A stretch of DNA of 64,000 nt from a virus (IMGVR_UViG_3300028603_000017:64001-128000); one strand, 5' to 3'; positions 8,708-19,797 are shown, counted from the first letter of the stretch. Notes: generated by a model from the letters alone, not told the origin. Numbers and translations: made by a program.

Positions 8708-10318
8708 GTGGATATAGCCTTATCTGAGTTAATTAAAGCTGATACACCTCAAATTAATCCCCACATAGCCAATGGACTGGCCACAGTTCATATGGACTAT
8801 GTAGAGGAATATATTGATACTGTATTTAAAGCTGTATCTAAAGATTTCCCTCCAGAGCTAAAATATGTTGGTTGTAAGAGAGCGACTCCTTTAGAAGAGT
8901 ACGCTTTTATTACCAGCAAAAAGAATAACCGCAGAACATTTGATATTGCCAGAAGTGATGTTTATCTGATGAATTATCAGTTTACATTCAATGGACAACC
9001 TCTACCATCGAGACCTCTTTTCTTGCCATTCGTTAATGACGCAGGATTTATTAATCTTGGTGGATCTAGGTTTGCTATATCGCCTGTTCTTAGCGATAAA
9101 GTCATCTCACTAGGCACAAATAATATCTTTATTCGCTTGCTTAGGGATAAGCTCACTTTCGAGCGAGTACCGCATAACGTAGTGATTGATGGCAAAAGAG
9201 AATTGGTCTCTGTTGTTTGGTCTTTGATTTATCACAAACCTAACAACGCAGACAAAGCTAAACCTATTGTAAAAGCAAACTGTGCATTGATGCACTATCT
9301 CTTTTGCAAATATGGATTTACACATACCTTTAATCATTACGGTAATTGTCATCCTGTTGTAGGCACTGACGATATTACTGTGGAGAACTATCCTCAAAAG
9401 GATTGGGTAATTGTGCAATCGAGCACAATTAAGCCTAAAGGAAACCAAGATCTACCTTACCAGCCTACAGATATAAAGCTAGCTATCAGGAAAAATGAAT
9501 TCACGAGTTTGGTCAAGCATATGTGTGCAGGCTTTTACTACGTGTTAGACCATTTCCCACAGCGCTTTATTCCCAGTTATCTAGACAACACCAATCTATG
9601 GAAAGTCTTAATGGGTTATATTGTCTTTGCTGGCAATATTGGTGAGGGTAAACTACTACAAGACATCAGTGAGCACTTTGACAGTCTTGACGAATATATT
9701 GATGCTATCATGGTCAATAAACTAAAAGAGATTGGTTATCCTTGTTCAAATATTTACGATTTGTTCAATGTGGTTATCACTAACTTTTCTGATTGGTTAT
9801 TGAAAGCAAAAGACAATATCAACAGCATGTATGACAAAGAGCTCAGTATTTTGTACTATGTCTTGATGCCTATTACCTCCGCTATTGTTAAGCTACACTT
9901 CAAACTCAAGAAAGCTGCTAGTAAAAAGACTTTGAAAGAATCTGATATTCTTTCAAATATGGCAGCTATTTTGACACCAGGTCTAATATTCCAGATCACC
10001 AGACAACACAATGGTGTTAGCACTGTGAGCTATTCAGGGGACAATAAGTTCTTTGAAATCACTTCTATGCTAGTGCCGCAAAAGACCAGTGGGAAATCAG
10101 GCGCTCAAAACGACAGAGCTGCCATTAATGATCCTGCCAGGCGTTTGCATATCAGTGTGGCTGAGGTAGGTGCTTATCTAGCATTTACTAAGAGCGATCC
10201 GTCTGGCAGGAGCCAGATCAATCCTCATATACGACTGGACGCCTCTGGCGGTATTCTAAGAGATCCTGAAAAAGCAGCTTTGCTTGATGAAGTTCAATCT
10301 ATGATCAAGCGAGACTAA
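8708..10318 (+). CDS. Non-virion RNA polymerase beta subunit, N-terminal part (phiKZ gp123-like)
   Basis: LFLPFVNDAGFINLGGSRFAISPV matches the beta-subunit P-x-x-x-x-x-G-x-F-x-I-N-G region. C-terminal RLHISVAEVG...KSDPSGR; size and gene order agree. Confidence 0.85.
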   Translation: MDIALSELIKADTPQINPHIANGLATVHMDYVEEYIDTVFKAVSKDFPPELKYVGCKRATPLEEYAFITSKKNNRRTFDIARSDVYLMNYQFTFNGQPLPSRPLFLPFVNDAGFINLGGSRFAISPVLSDKVISLGTNNIFIRLLRDKLTFERVPHNVVIDGKRELVSVVWSLIYHKPNNADKAKPIVKANCALMHYLFCKYGFTHTFNHYGNCHPVVGTDDITVENYPQKDWVIVQSSTIKPKGNQDLPYQPTDIKLAIRKNEFTSLVKHMCAGFYYVLDHFPQRFIPSYLDNTNLWKVLMGYIVFAGNIGEGKLLQDISEHFDSLDEYIDAIMVNKLKEIGYPCSNIYDLFNVVITNFSDWLLKAKDNINSMYDKELSILYYVLMPITSAIVKLHFKLKKAASKKTLKESDILSNMAAILTPGLIFQITRQHNGVSTVSYSGDNKFFEITSMLVPQKTSGKSGAQNDRAAINDPARRLHISVAEVGAYLAFTKSDPSGRSQINPHIRLDASGGILRDPEKAALLDEVQSMIKRD

Positions 10319-10343
10319 CAACAATTACTGAAAAAGGATTTGA

Positions 10344-12854
10344 TTGGATATGTTCCAAAACCAGAACTTAATGATGGGTGGTACACAAATGATGCAGCAG
10401 CCCCTGCAACAAGTGTATAATGATTGGCCTACAAACCAATTGATCATCCATCCTCAAAACTTTAGCTTTAATGCTCAGAACATACCTGTGCCTAACTTTC
10501 CGGTATGGATGCCTGAGGTACAGAACGCTATTCCCACAATTGCAGCAGCAGTAGCTAATGAAATCTGTAGGACAGCTACTCAAAACACCATTAGAGTTTA
10601 TACCTACAACCAGCTATCGGCTAACAACTTCAACAATCCAGACTTTGCACAAACAGTTCAGTTGGCTGTAGACTTGGTCAGTTTAGCTACCAAAAAACGT
10701 GGTGGGTTTGCAGCATTTAACAAAGATGCTGCAGATTGCGTCAAAGACGCTATTGTGATTAAAGGAAGCATGAACGTTGCCAATAGTCAAGCGCTAGCAA
10801 GTACAGTGCCTCCACCCACAATGCGTGATGTCAATAACACATTGCTAATGTTTAAAAATGACGCTGCTCAAATCGAACAGCTCAGAAACGCAGCAATGAA
10901 TCAACCACAAGCGCAGGTCAGAGGAAACTTTAACAATCCTTTGGGTAATCCTACTATGATGCAAAACCAAAATAACGGTTTTGTACCACAGCAGTTTAAC
11001 CAGCCTGTACAGCAACAACAGCCTCAATATTGGCAACCACAACAAAACCAATTCCAACCCACTCAGTTTGGAAATCAAACACAAAACAATAACCCATCAG
11101 GCTATAGACCAGTTTCACCTGTTAGTCCTAACAGCATGAATGTGGTTGCTAGAGACTTTTTCTACCAAGAATTTGTTCCTATTCAACCTGCAAATCAGTT
11201 TGCAGCACCTAGCAATCAAAATCAAAACGCCTATACACCTGTTACCAACTTTGAGCCAGTACCAGAACCTGTAGCTGCTGTGCCAGCTCCACAACCTGTT
11301 CAAGTAACCCGAACAATTCCTCCTGCTCCGCCTCCCATGAATTGGAAAGCAGGAATTATTGAATCGTTGGATAGCACTCCTGAGCCAGGTAAGGCTCAAC
11401 ACCAAGCATTTAAAATGCCTGAGATTCATCAACCGACTCAACAGTCTAATGATGAATTGAGTGCTGCGCTTGAGCAAGCTACAGCCGAGCTGCAAAGCCC
11501 TGTATTGGATTTTGCTCAACCAGGCATTCCAGTCAAAGTCATTGAAACCAATGAAGAGCTGCAATGGTGGCCATCAGAGCTTCAGCCATTTCCTATCTAT
11601 TGGGAAAGTCTGAAAGAGAAAATCATTTTGAAGAAAGTATCCTACAAAGGAAAAATCTTTGTTGTTCAACAAAAGACTAACTTAACAGAGGAAGAAATGG
11701 ACGAAATGAGGCATGCGATTGGTCCGAAGACCATTATGGACAAGGCAGTACTGGATCAACAGCGTGAACGTCTAATCGAAGTAGTGGGTCTGGAAGAAGG
11801 CCGTACTGCTCGAACTGGTCCTAAGGTAGAAATGATTGATGGTGCAACTACTATTACACACTCAGCCAATCCTACTACCCAAGATGAATTAGAAGGCTTT
11901 ATGGAATCTAAAGGGCAAGTAATGCCTAAAGATCCAACAATGTCTGCTTTCCCATCAGTATTGAAACTAGCTGGTTTGGATAAAGATCCTACCCAGTCAC
12001 TGGATGCTGATGGAGATCCTGCTTGGTTTGATGCAGGATTTTTGGCTGATTCCATTTACAGCACCAAAGTGCGACACCTGACCATGGCCAACAGCCATAA
12101 ACGCATTCGCAGGGAATACCATATTGTTCCCAAGGTGTTTGTCTCCAGAAAACCTCTGGTTGATATCTACAGTGAATGGACTGAAAAGAAAGAATTCTCT
12201 TTCCTGGCAGATAAACTGCGTAAAACCGTCACTGGCGATAAGCTCGCTACCACAGATTTTGTGGAGTTTGCTGCTGAATTCGATAGGTACCTGACCAGTA
12301 TCATCAATGAATTCATGTCATCCACACTGCATGTAGCGACAACGATCGACAGCTTCTGTGAAGATATCGATACTCTGATGAATGGTTACCTCAGGGAAAA
12401 GTACGGACCCTTCATCCACGATGCTTTGGTTGGATACCAGCAAGAGTTTTATGATCGATACCTCACCAGGATCGAAGATGAGGAGATGCTCAAAACCATT
12501 ACGGAAATGCATGTAAAAGTCGATGATGTTGAAATGAATATCGACACCAGAGACACTCATGTGTTGGTTCTGGAAAACAATTACACCATTAGCTCTGTGC
12601 GCGTTCATTCTAGCGAACTAAAACTCGTAGATACCAAAAGCGGTGATACGACACCTACTCCAATTGGTGATGATCGTCCTGAGCTCAAAGCTTTTTGTGA
12701 AAAACTCTTTGAGAGCAAGATCATTGGTGAATTTAGCTGGACCAAACATTTGTTGATCACCAGCGATGGCCAGGTCTATTCTGTGGAAAAGCCTTCGGTT
12801 GGGTACATCAAGTACATGATCCGAAAGCTCAACCCTATGTGGCTCATGCCGTAA
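10344..12854 (+). CDS. Large hypothetical protein with Q/N/P-rich low-complexity region
   Basis: 836-aa ORF (TTG, or ATG at 10350, after AAGGA). Helical N-domain, long Q/N/P-rich linker, globular C-domain. Confidence 0.7.
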   Translation: MDMFQNQNLMMGGTQMMQQPLQQVYNDWPTNQLIIHPQNFSFNAQNIPVPNFPVWMPEVQNAIPTIAAAVANEICRTATQNTIRVYTYNQLSANNFNNPDFAQTVQLAVDLVSLATKKRGGFAAFNKDAADCVKDAIVIKGSMNVANSQALASTVPPPTMRDVNNTLLMFKNDAAQIEQLRNAAMNQPQAQVRGNFNNPLGNPTMMQNQNNGFVPQQFNQPVQQQQPQYWQPQQNQFQPTQFGNQTQNNNPSGYRPVSPVSPNSMNVVARDFFYQEFVPIQPANQFAAPSNQNQNAYTPVTNFEPVPEPVAAVPAPQPVQVTRTIPPAPPPMNWKAGIIESLDSTPEPGKAQHQAFKMPEIHQPTQQSNDELSAALEQATAELQSPVLDFAQPGIPVKVIETNEELQWWPSELQPFPIYWESLKEKIILKKVSYKGKIFVVQQKTNLTEEEMDEMRHAIGPKTIMDKAVLDQQRERLIEVVGLEEGRTARTGPKVEMIDGATTITHSANPTTQDELEGFMESKGQVMPKDPTMSAFPSVLKLAGLDKDPTQSLDADGDPAWFDAGFLADSIYSTKVRHLTMANSHKRIRREYHIVPKVFVSRKPLVDIYSEWTEKKEFSFLADKLRKTVTGDKLATTDFVEFAAEFDRYLTSIINEFMSSTLHVATTIDSFCEDIDTLMNGYLREKYGPFIHDALVGYQQEFYDRYLTRIEDEEMLKTITEMHVKVDDVEMNIDTRDTHVLVLENNYTISSVRVHSSELKLVDTKSGDTTPTPIGDDRPELKAFCEKLFESKIIGEFSWTKHLLITSDGQVYSVEKPSVGYIKYMIRKLNPMWLMP

Positions 12855-12862
12855 TATAGCAA

Positions 12863-12918
12863 CATAGCTCCTAGTGACCTCATCAGGTCACTAGGAGTAC
12901 TATGTCTTTTTTTTTTTT
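12863..12918. terminator. CATA...TATG palindrome 4 with T-tract, convergent junction
   Basis: CATAG-CTCCTAGTGACCT-catc-AGGTCACTAGGAG-ta-CTATG followed by a long T run. Confidence 0.8.
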
Positions 12919-12932
12919 GTTTTAACTAGCTT

Positions 12933-14126
12933 TTAACTAGTTCCCTCAGGTTCTAACTTCTTAGCTTCTTCTTGTTCTTCAGGCTCTACTTCTTCTTTTT
13001 CTACTTCTTCAGCATCAAGCTCTGTAGCTTCTACAACAGCAGGTGTTAAAGTGCATTCAGCTGTGATCAAAGCTTCTACATCCATATCGCCCTTGAATTT
13101 AAACTTGACTTCTGGTGGAGGTTCCTCTTTACCTTGCATTTCACCAGTATTGTCCGCTACCCATTCAGCAGCAATCTTAAACTTAATCTTGTCAACTTTG
13201 TATTCAAACTTAGGTGTTTGAAAGTAAACCTTGGCTTCTTCTTCTGTACCTGTACCCATACGGAATTCTTTATCCGTATAGATAGTCCAGTTATCATTCT
13301 TGGTTTCTTGCTCTTTGGTTTCTGTATTGATAGACTCTTTAGCTTCTAAAGTGTATTTATCACACTTTTCATTATAGCGCTCAGTTTTGACATCAATAGA
13401 AGTCTTTGCATTCAGACAATATTTATCGGTAGTCATATTGATTTCATCATGAGAGAATATATTAATAACTCTCTTGTTCATCTCAATATAAGTATCGTCT
13501 TTATTGTGTAGCTTAATGAATCTCTCAGCTGAATCTAAAAAGATATAGTTGTGGTCATCGTCTTGAATAACGATTCTACCGTCTTTGGTATTGATTTGAA
13601 TATCGTAGACAAAAGGCTCTTCATCTGATTTAGAAGTGTGTAGATGGACTACCTTTTTATGAGTAGATACTTCAAACCAGTAAGTAGATTCAGGAGTATC
13701 TTCTACGTTTTCTTCTCTGTTATCAGAAAAAGACCAAATAGCGGTTTCTAATCGACGGATATGTTTATACTGCATCATATCGCACCACCAATACTCATCT
13801 ACATCACCAAACTTGTAAATGAGTACTTGCTCACCACGCCTGACATCAGGTGGTGTAATACGATTGGTTTGAGTTAAAGGCAGCCACTTGGCTCTAATAG
13901 TGGCAGTAGTATCTATCTTAACTTCAAATTGATTTCCCATAATACCTTTACCAGAAGCTTTATATTCTTCTGTGTGGTCTAGGATTTCACCATCAATGAA
14001 GTTAAAGTATTCAATAGGTAAGATCTCTACGAAGTGTTCTGAGAGTTCTTTATTGGTAGCAACAACACCAATTGAGAAGAACCTCAGTTGTGATACAGTA
14101 TTGAAAGCGTCAAATAGTTTTTCCAC
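12933..14126 (-). CDS. Baseplate central spike / injection needle (GpV/gp5-like, phiKZ gp164-like)
   Basis: OB-fold-type N-terminus (IRAKWLP...RITPPDVRRGEQVLIY) followed by short beta-strand repeats (TDKYCLNAKTSIDVK / CDKYTLEAKESINTE). Divergent from SbcC as in phiKZ. Confidence 0.75.
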   Translation of the reverse strand: MEKLFDAFNTVSQLRFFSIGVVATNKELSEHFVEILPIEYFNFIDGEILDHTEEYKASGKGIMGNQFEVKIDTTATIRAKWLPLTQTNRITPPDVRRGEQVLIYKFGDVDEYWWCDMMQYKHIRRLETAIWSFSDNREENVEDTPESTYWFEVSTHKKVVHLHTSKSDEEPFVYDIQINTKDGRIVIQDDDHNYIFLDSAERFIKLHNKDDTYIEMNKRVINIFSHDEINMTTDKYCLNAKTSIDVKTERYNEKCDKYTLEAKESINTETKEQETKNDNWTIYTDKEFRMGTGTEEEAKVYFQTPKFEYKVDKIKFKIAAEWVADNTGEMQGKEEPPPEVKFKFKGDMDVEALITAECTLTPAVVEATELDAEEVEKEEVEPEEQEEAKKLEPEGTS

Positions 14127-14209
14127 AGTCTTTAGCTTTGTAAAAAAGATTAATCTAGTATATTGTACTGATACAGATAATTTAATAACAGTATAAATTA
14201 ATATTTACA

Positions 14210-16696
14210 ATGAGATTAATATCTATTGAACTTATCGGCTACGAGAGAATATCTCTTAGCGCAAACTATATTAAGATAACACCTACTGCTGATTTACAAC
14301 TGATACTAGGCACTAATGGTAGCGGCAAAAGCAGCTTATTGGACGAAATAACGCCACTGCCTTCTGATAGTAAAAACTATACCAAAGGCGGTAGCAGTAT
14401 TAAAATATGGCAGCATAAAGGTAGCACCTATATTCTTAAAAGTGTCTTTGATAAGAAACAAGAACATTATTTTGAAAAAGACGGTATTGAATTAAATCCT
14501 GGTAGAACTGTTACTGTTCAAAGAGAATTGGTTAAACAAGAATTTTGTATCACACCTGAAATACATGAGCTTATTATGGGTAGAGATAAGTTTACCCAAA
14601 TGGCTCCTAGCAGGCGTAGGTATTGGTTTACTCAATTGTCTTCTGTCAGTTATGAATACGCTATTGAAGTTTACAATAGAGTCAGAGAAAAATTAAGAGA
14701 TACCTCTGGTGCTCTTAAGATCATGAAAAATAGATTAGTCGCTGAAAGCTCTAAATCTATTTTGCCTGAGCAAGTACAGCAATTAAAAAATGAAGTCAGT
14801 GAATTACATGACTTTTTATCTCATATTGCTGAATATAGAAAACCTATTGAAAAACCAATTGAATTAGCTAATAGTGAGATTATTGAATTAAATAATAGAA
14901 CTATTTATATTAGCAATCAATTAATCTCTCGTATTAATAAAGTTAAACAATATAATGAATTTGGTCAATTAGGTAACGTAGATGCGTTAATTAATCATTT
15001 AAATAGTGAATTAACTGTTAATAAGTTATTGATTGAAAAACTCCATGAGAGAATTAAGAAGGTATCTGATAATATTGATATCTTGGTTAAAACAGGAAAT
15101 CAAGGTATTGAAGACTTAGAAAATAAAGTATCTAGTCTAAAGAAAGACCAGGTATCTCTATTAATGAGTAAGAAGATACTAGAGGATACCCACAGGAGTC
15201 CCTTAGAGGCCATTAGAGCCATTGAAATTGTGAAGCCTACGCTAGATAGTATCTTTGCTGAAATCCCCTCTAATGGCGATTTAAGGTATTCTAATAACAA
15301 TAGAAATATTCTTATTGATAAGATAGGTAAAGCTAAAGATAAAGCTGATAGACTAAGAGCCGATATATCTAAATACAATCAAAGAAAAGAACATCTTGAG
15401 GAACACAGAGATAAATCCAATATGGTTTGTCCTCATTGCTCCAAGAATATCAATTTTGTCTTTTCTATTGCTGAATATGAAACTGTTAATAATCTAATTA
15501 TTAAATATTCAGATGAATTAAGTAATCTAATTAAACATATTGAACAATTAGAAATTCAATTAAAAGAAATTAATGATTATATTGAAATCTATAATAGGTA
15601 TCGCACTATTAAGAATTCATATCCTGTATTAAATCTATTATGGGAATTAATTGATAATAAAATTATTGATAATCCCATTAAATGTATTCAGTTGATGAAT
15701 TTGTTTCATGGTGATTTATTAGCTGATAATAGATATATTGAGATAGATAGCGAAATCAACGATATCAATAAGTTAATCTCAGCTAAGAGACTAATTGGTG
15801 ATCAAGATGCTAATAAACTCAAAGATGAAAGAGATCAAATAGAGCACGAAATCTTTGATAAACAAATATTGATAGAGAAAACTAAGTCAGAGCTAAATAA
15901 GCTTACTGAGTACAAGAAAGACTTAGAAACTATAGACAAGTTAGAAAAAGAACTCGGTGAGCTATCTAAGGATCTACAAGTAACTGTAGATGACAAGGTA
16001 GAGACCATGAGAAGACAAGTCGTGATTGAAGGTATTCGTTATGTTCAATCTATATTGTCTAGAAAAGAAAGTATTTTGATTGATCTTAATAATCAAGAGA
16101 ATATTATCAGAGACTTACAAAACTCTATTAAAGCTTTAGAAGAAGACGAATATTGTCTAAAGACTGTTGTGGGTGAATTATCTCCTACAGATGGTTTAAT
16201 AGCTGAGGGATTGTTTGGGTTTATTAAACTCTTTGTATCTCAAATGAATTCTTTTATTTCTAAGGTATGGACCTATGAAATGAAGATATTAAGCTGTGAA
16301 TTAGCTGAGGATTCTAAAGTAGAACTAGATTATAAATTCCCTATTCGTATTGAAGGAAAAGAAAAACCTGTTGCCGATATTGGTTTAGGCAGTACTTCAA
16401 TGATAGAGATTATTGATTTGGCTTTTAAGATAGTAGCTATTAAGCATTTAGGTCTAAACGACATTCCTTTATTCTTAGACGAATTTGGTGTAGGATTTGA
16501 TAAAACACATAGAACAGCTGTGTATGGTGTCTTTGATTACTTGATGAATCAGATTCAGTTTAATCAAGTCTTTATTGTTAATCATTATAGTGATTTATAT
16601 GGATCATTTAAAAACGCTGAGATATGCGTATTACATGACGCTAACGTAGAAATACCTAAAGGTAGCGTTTATAACAAGCATGTGGTGATACAGTGA
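14210..16696 (+). CDS. sbcC: SbcC/Rad50-like SMC ATPase (phiKZ gp165-like)
   Basis: Walker A LGTNGSGKSS, long coiled coils, central zinc hook CPHC, Walker B LFLDEFG, H-loop IVNH. Confidence 0.92.
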   Translation: MRLISIELIGYERISLSANYIKITPTADLQLILGTNGSGKSSLLDEITPLPSDSKNYTKGGSSIKIWQHKGSTYILKSVFDKKQEHYFEKDGIELNPGRTVTVQRELVKQEFCITPEIHELIMGRDKFTQMAPSRRRYWFTQLSSVSYEYAIEVYNRVREKLRDTSGALKIMKNRLVAESSKSILPEQVQQLKNEVSELHDFLSHIAEYRKPIEKPIELANSEIIELNNRTIYISNQLISRINKVKQYNEFGQLGNVDALINHLNSELTVNKLLIEKLHERIKKVSDNIDILVKTGNQGIEDLENKVSSLKKDQVSLLMSKKILEDTHRSPLEAIRAIEIVKPTLDSIFAEIPSNGDLRYSNNNRNILIDKIGKAKDKADRLRADISKYNQRKEHLEEHRDKSNMVCPHCSKNINFVFSIAEYETVNNLIIKYSDELSNLIKHIEQLEIQLKEINDYIEIYNRYRTIKNSYPVLNLLWELIDNKIIDNPIKCIQLMNLFHGDLLADNRYIEIDSEINDINKLISAKRLIGDQDANKLKDERDQIEHEIFDKQILIEKTKSELNKLTEYKKDLETIDKLEKELGELSKDLQVTVDDKVETMRRQVVIEGIRYVQSILSRKESILIDLNNQENIIRDLQNSIKALEEDEYCLKTVVGELSPTDGLIAEGLFGFIKLFVSQMNSFISKVWTYEMKILSCELAEDSKVELDYKFPIRIEGKEKPVADIGLGSTSMIEIIDLAFKIVAIKHLGLNDIPLFLDEFGVGFDKTHRTAVYGVFDYLMNQIQFNQVFIVNHYSDLYGSFKNAEICVLHDANVEIPKGSVYNKHVVIQ

Positions 16697-16741
16697 CATA
16701 GGTCTAGATGCTAGGGAACTCCCTAGCATCTAGACTGTATG
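16697..16741. terminator. CATA...TATG palindrome 5, convergent junction
   Basis: CATA-g-GTCTAGATGCTAGGGA-ac-TCCCTAGCATCTAGAC-tg-TATG. Confidence 0.7.
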
Positions 16742-16755
16742 TCGTTTATATATTA

Positions 16756-19700
16756 TTAATATTCAGGTTCTGGTAGCTCAACCGGAAGCATGCATGAGAA
16801 ATCGTCATCCTTCCACAACACCCTTCTTACCTTTGTAATAGAATCAAATTCTGCTACTGTTACAGATTTTGTTCCAAAGTATCTAGTAAAGATTTCTTTA
16901 TCTCTTTGGTTTTCTTGTGCTTTAAATACATCTAGATTAGCTTTTACGTCACTGTAGAGTATTTCTAAATCTACATTTTCGTATTGTCTAGAGATTTCAG
17001 TAGCATTAATTGAATTAATATATTCTTGGAAAGTTTCACCATTTGATTTAGTGAGCTGAGAATCATCTTTCCATACATCGATAAGAAACACAAACGGATC
17101 TGTGGTAGTAGTATCTTTTTCAAAGAAATAAACCGTAGTTAAATGATCTTCTTGCTGAGCTTCAAAATACGGTACGATATCACATATTCCTGATGTGTTG
17201 TTTCTACGCAGCGTAATGCTACCAGAAGCCACACCGTCAATAAATACAGGTACTGATTTTTCAGTATATGTAATATTTGGATTCTTATATATAGGATAAT
17301 CTATATCACTGTAGAATTCACCAGTATTAATTGGTTCATATCCACGAAAATACATACGAATATTGTCGGAATTAGGTAGACTATTTATGTTAAAAGTGAA
17401 TGGTAGCTCAATGGCATATTTGCCTATGCGCTCAACTTCACTGGCAGACACTATTGTTCCTGAAGGAATATTTATCTCAAAGTTTGGTATAACAAAATAT
17501 TCCTCATAATCACCAATATACCCCTCAGCTGTAATAGTGTAACTTCCATCTATACGAAAGCTACCGTCCTCAACATAGTCATCAACATAGTCATCACCTA
17601 TTAAATTCTCAATCAATATTTTACCTGAAATATTACCAGATTCATCAGCTATATGGTTATCAAACTTAGCATTAATTGACACATAAGTATTATCGCCGTA
17701 TGGGCTACTTTGTCCTTCTTCTGTTGTTAGATAGAACTTATAATTTTCATCAGTAGGATCTACCTTCCTATCATCGTATTCAGTTATTTGTAAAACAACT
17801 GCTGCATTAGCATCGTAATAATCGTACCCTGTTGCGTCTTCATGAGGTATTTGAGTAAATATAGTTTGCCTGCCAGAAACGTTAGTCTTACCTCTTATAA
17901 ATTTAGTTGTTCTACCAGGAACTACTAATACTGCTAAATATTCAGTATATGGTTTGGTATTAATACGGAAATAAACAGCGTCTCCAGGATAAACGGATTC
18001 GCCTTTATCTAAAGACACCCATGCCCAATCCTGATATCTTTCGACTTCACATTCAATATCAATTATTTTTAAACCAGGTCCGCTGCTATATAGTGCGCAA
18101 TCGGTATTTGGTGCTATTTCTTGCTTGAATTGACCGGTTCCATCTTCATAACCGTAAGTACCTACCATTGAGTAGGTATTAAAGTTTGGATCTATAGCTG
18201 TAAAGCTACCTTCCCAATCACCGTACTCATCCCAATAGTTGGGATCGTATTGAGTATTAGCAAACTGAGATACCTTAACCATTACTGGTAAAGGAGGTGG
18301 AGGTTCTGGTTCTGGTTCTGGCTCTGGTTCGGGCTCCGGTATGTCAGGACATGGGCACGGTGGAGGCAAGCACTTGTCTTCAGATTGAGCAGTGTAGATA
18401 ATTTGTACATGGTCTCTGTCGTCATTACGCGGATCTTCAGCGGCTGCTCCTTCACCAACCATATAGGTTTTAAAGAAGAGCATTAAACCATCCATCGTTA
18501 AATATTTCCTACAGGACTGTAGTGCGAGAATTTCCTCTCTACTTACTACAGGTAAGTTTTCCATCTTATCTAACCCCACTTGAGTCTTATCGGTATTGTG
18601 AGGATTATCAACATTTATTAAGTGCTCACCAATCTTGGCGGATAACTCTTCCAGATCTTCTTCTTTAATAATCTTATTCCACTGAAAATCATGCTCAGGA
18701 TTTCCATTAGGATGATAAGCAAATAAAATCCTCTTACCAAATCTTTCTGAGAATAAAAACAAACCACCTCGATCGGTATTGTTATTATTGATCCTCAAAA
18801 CCGTATATTCATCATAAATAGTAGATTCAGGCGGATATACTCTACCGTCATAAGCAATATTTTCTTCAGTATATTGCTCTTTAGATTTTAGAATAAAAAT
18901 AGATCCATTAACGGTATTTAGTAGATCTGATAATCCTGGATTGATAGCTATGCCTCTGTTTCTACCAATATTGGTAGTACTCAACAATACAAATCGATCG
19001 TAGATGACTTGCTTAAAAGTATTTAGAGTATTTAAAGCCATATATTTGTTGGCTTCAAAATCAGTAATTCTGGTAGCACTCTCAGCAGCTGATCGAGCTT
19101 CTGTATTGTTAGCTAATGTAAGGTTTTGTACATTACTTAAACCAATAAACGCTTTATTGATATCAGCTTTGAAATTACCAAAAGCTTCCTCAATATAAAC
19201 ATCTAAAGCTAATCTGGTTTGAACTTCAATACTGTCTAAAGTATTATTCAAAGACATCCTTACTCTATCGTAGTAAGGAGAGTCACTCCAGATAATAGTA
19301 TTTCTTACTTTCTCGATATTATAGCAAAGATGATGAAAATCAAACGTATCTACTTTTTGGGTATCAATAGATTCGGTTTCATCTTTAACCATATCGTTAT
19401 ACCAAGAATATGATGGATCATCATCCTTTAAGGTATTGAGATAATGCTGTAATTCCGTGCTGGTAATTTCATAAGCACCACCTACACATTGGTAAGTAAT
19501 ACTTAGATTTTGATGAATAATAGAATTATGGATTAAAATGATGCCACAAACTTTCTTACCAGAAGCACTAGACAAGGTAGGTAAAGGTTGCAGTAATTTG
19601 TAATCAATCAGATGTCTTAAGACATACCCAGTATCCGTATGGGTAATAACCAAAGAATCTACATAAAAAGCACCATGCTTTAATGCTAGAGCTCTGTTTC

Positions 19701-19797
19701 TTTGACGAACCAGGCTATGCGCCTCGTCCACCACCAGATTGTCTGGATTTTCTCCAGTTAAATCTAATTGGTATTGATTTGGGTTGTTATCGGCCAT
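16756..19797 (-). CDS. Tail fibre/baseplate-attached protein, paralog D (1013 aa)
   Basis: Shared family N-terminus YQLDLTGENPDNLVVDEAH, YQCVGG and fibre motif NPHNTDKTQVGLDKMENLP. Cys/Pro-Glu hinge, then an acidic beta-rich C-terminal region. Confidence 0.75.
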   Translation of the reverse strand: MADNNPNQYQLDLTGENPDNLVVDEAHSLVRQRNRALALKHGAFYVDSLVITHTDTGYVLRHLIDYKLLQPLPTLSSASGKKVCGIILIHNSIIHQNLSITYQCVGGAYEITSTELQHYLNTLKDDDPSYSWYNDMVKDETESIDTQKVDTFDFHHLCYNIEKVRNTIIWSDSPYYDRVRMSLNNTLDSIEVQTRLALDVYIEEAFGNFKADINKAFIGLSNVQNLTLANNTEARSAAESATRITDFEANKYMALNTLNTFKQVIYDRFVLLSTTNIGRNRGIAINPGLSDLLNTVNGSIFILKSKEQYTEENIAYDGRVYPPESTIYDEYTVLRINNNNTDRGGLFLFSERFGKRILFAYHPNGNPEHDFQWNKIIKEEDLEELSAKIGEHLINVDNPHNTDKTQVGLDKMENLPVVSREEILALQSCRKYLTMDGLMLFFKTYMVGEGAAAEDPRNDDRDHVQIIYTAQSEDKCLPPPCPCPDIPEPEPEPEPEPEPPPPLPVMVKVSQFANTQYDPNYWDEYGDWEGSFTAIDPNFNTYSMVGTYGYEDGTGQFKQEIAPNTDCALYSSGPGLKIIDIECEVERYQDWAWVSLDKGESVYPGDAVYFRINTKPYTEYLAVLVVPGRTTKFIRGKTNVSGRQTIFTQIPHEDATGYDYYDANAAVVLQITEYDDRKVDPTDENYKFYLTTEEGQSSPYGDNTYVSINAKFDNHIADESGNISGKILIENLIGDDYVDDYVEDGSFRIDGSYTITAEGYIGDYEEYFVIPNFEINIPSGTIVSASEVERIGKYAIELPFTFNINSLPNSDNIRMYFRGYEPINTGEFYSDIDYPIYKNPNITYTEKSVPVFIDGVASGSITLRRNNTSGICDIVPYFEAQQEDHLTTVYFFEKDTTTTDPFVFLIDVWKDDSQLTKSNGETFQEYINSINATEISRQYENVDLEILYSDVKANLDVFKAQENQRDKEIFTRYFGTKSVTVAEFDSITKVRRVLWKDDDFSCMLPVELPEPEY

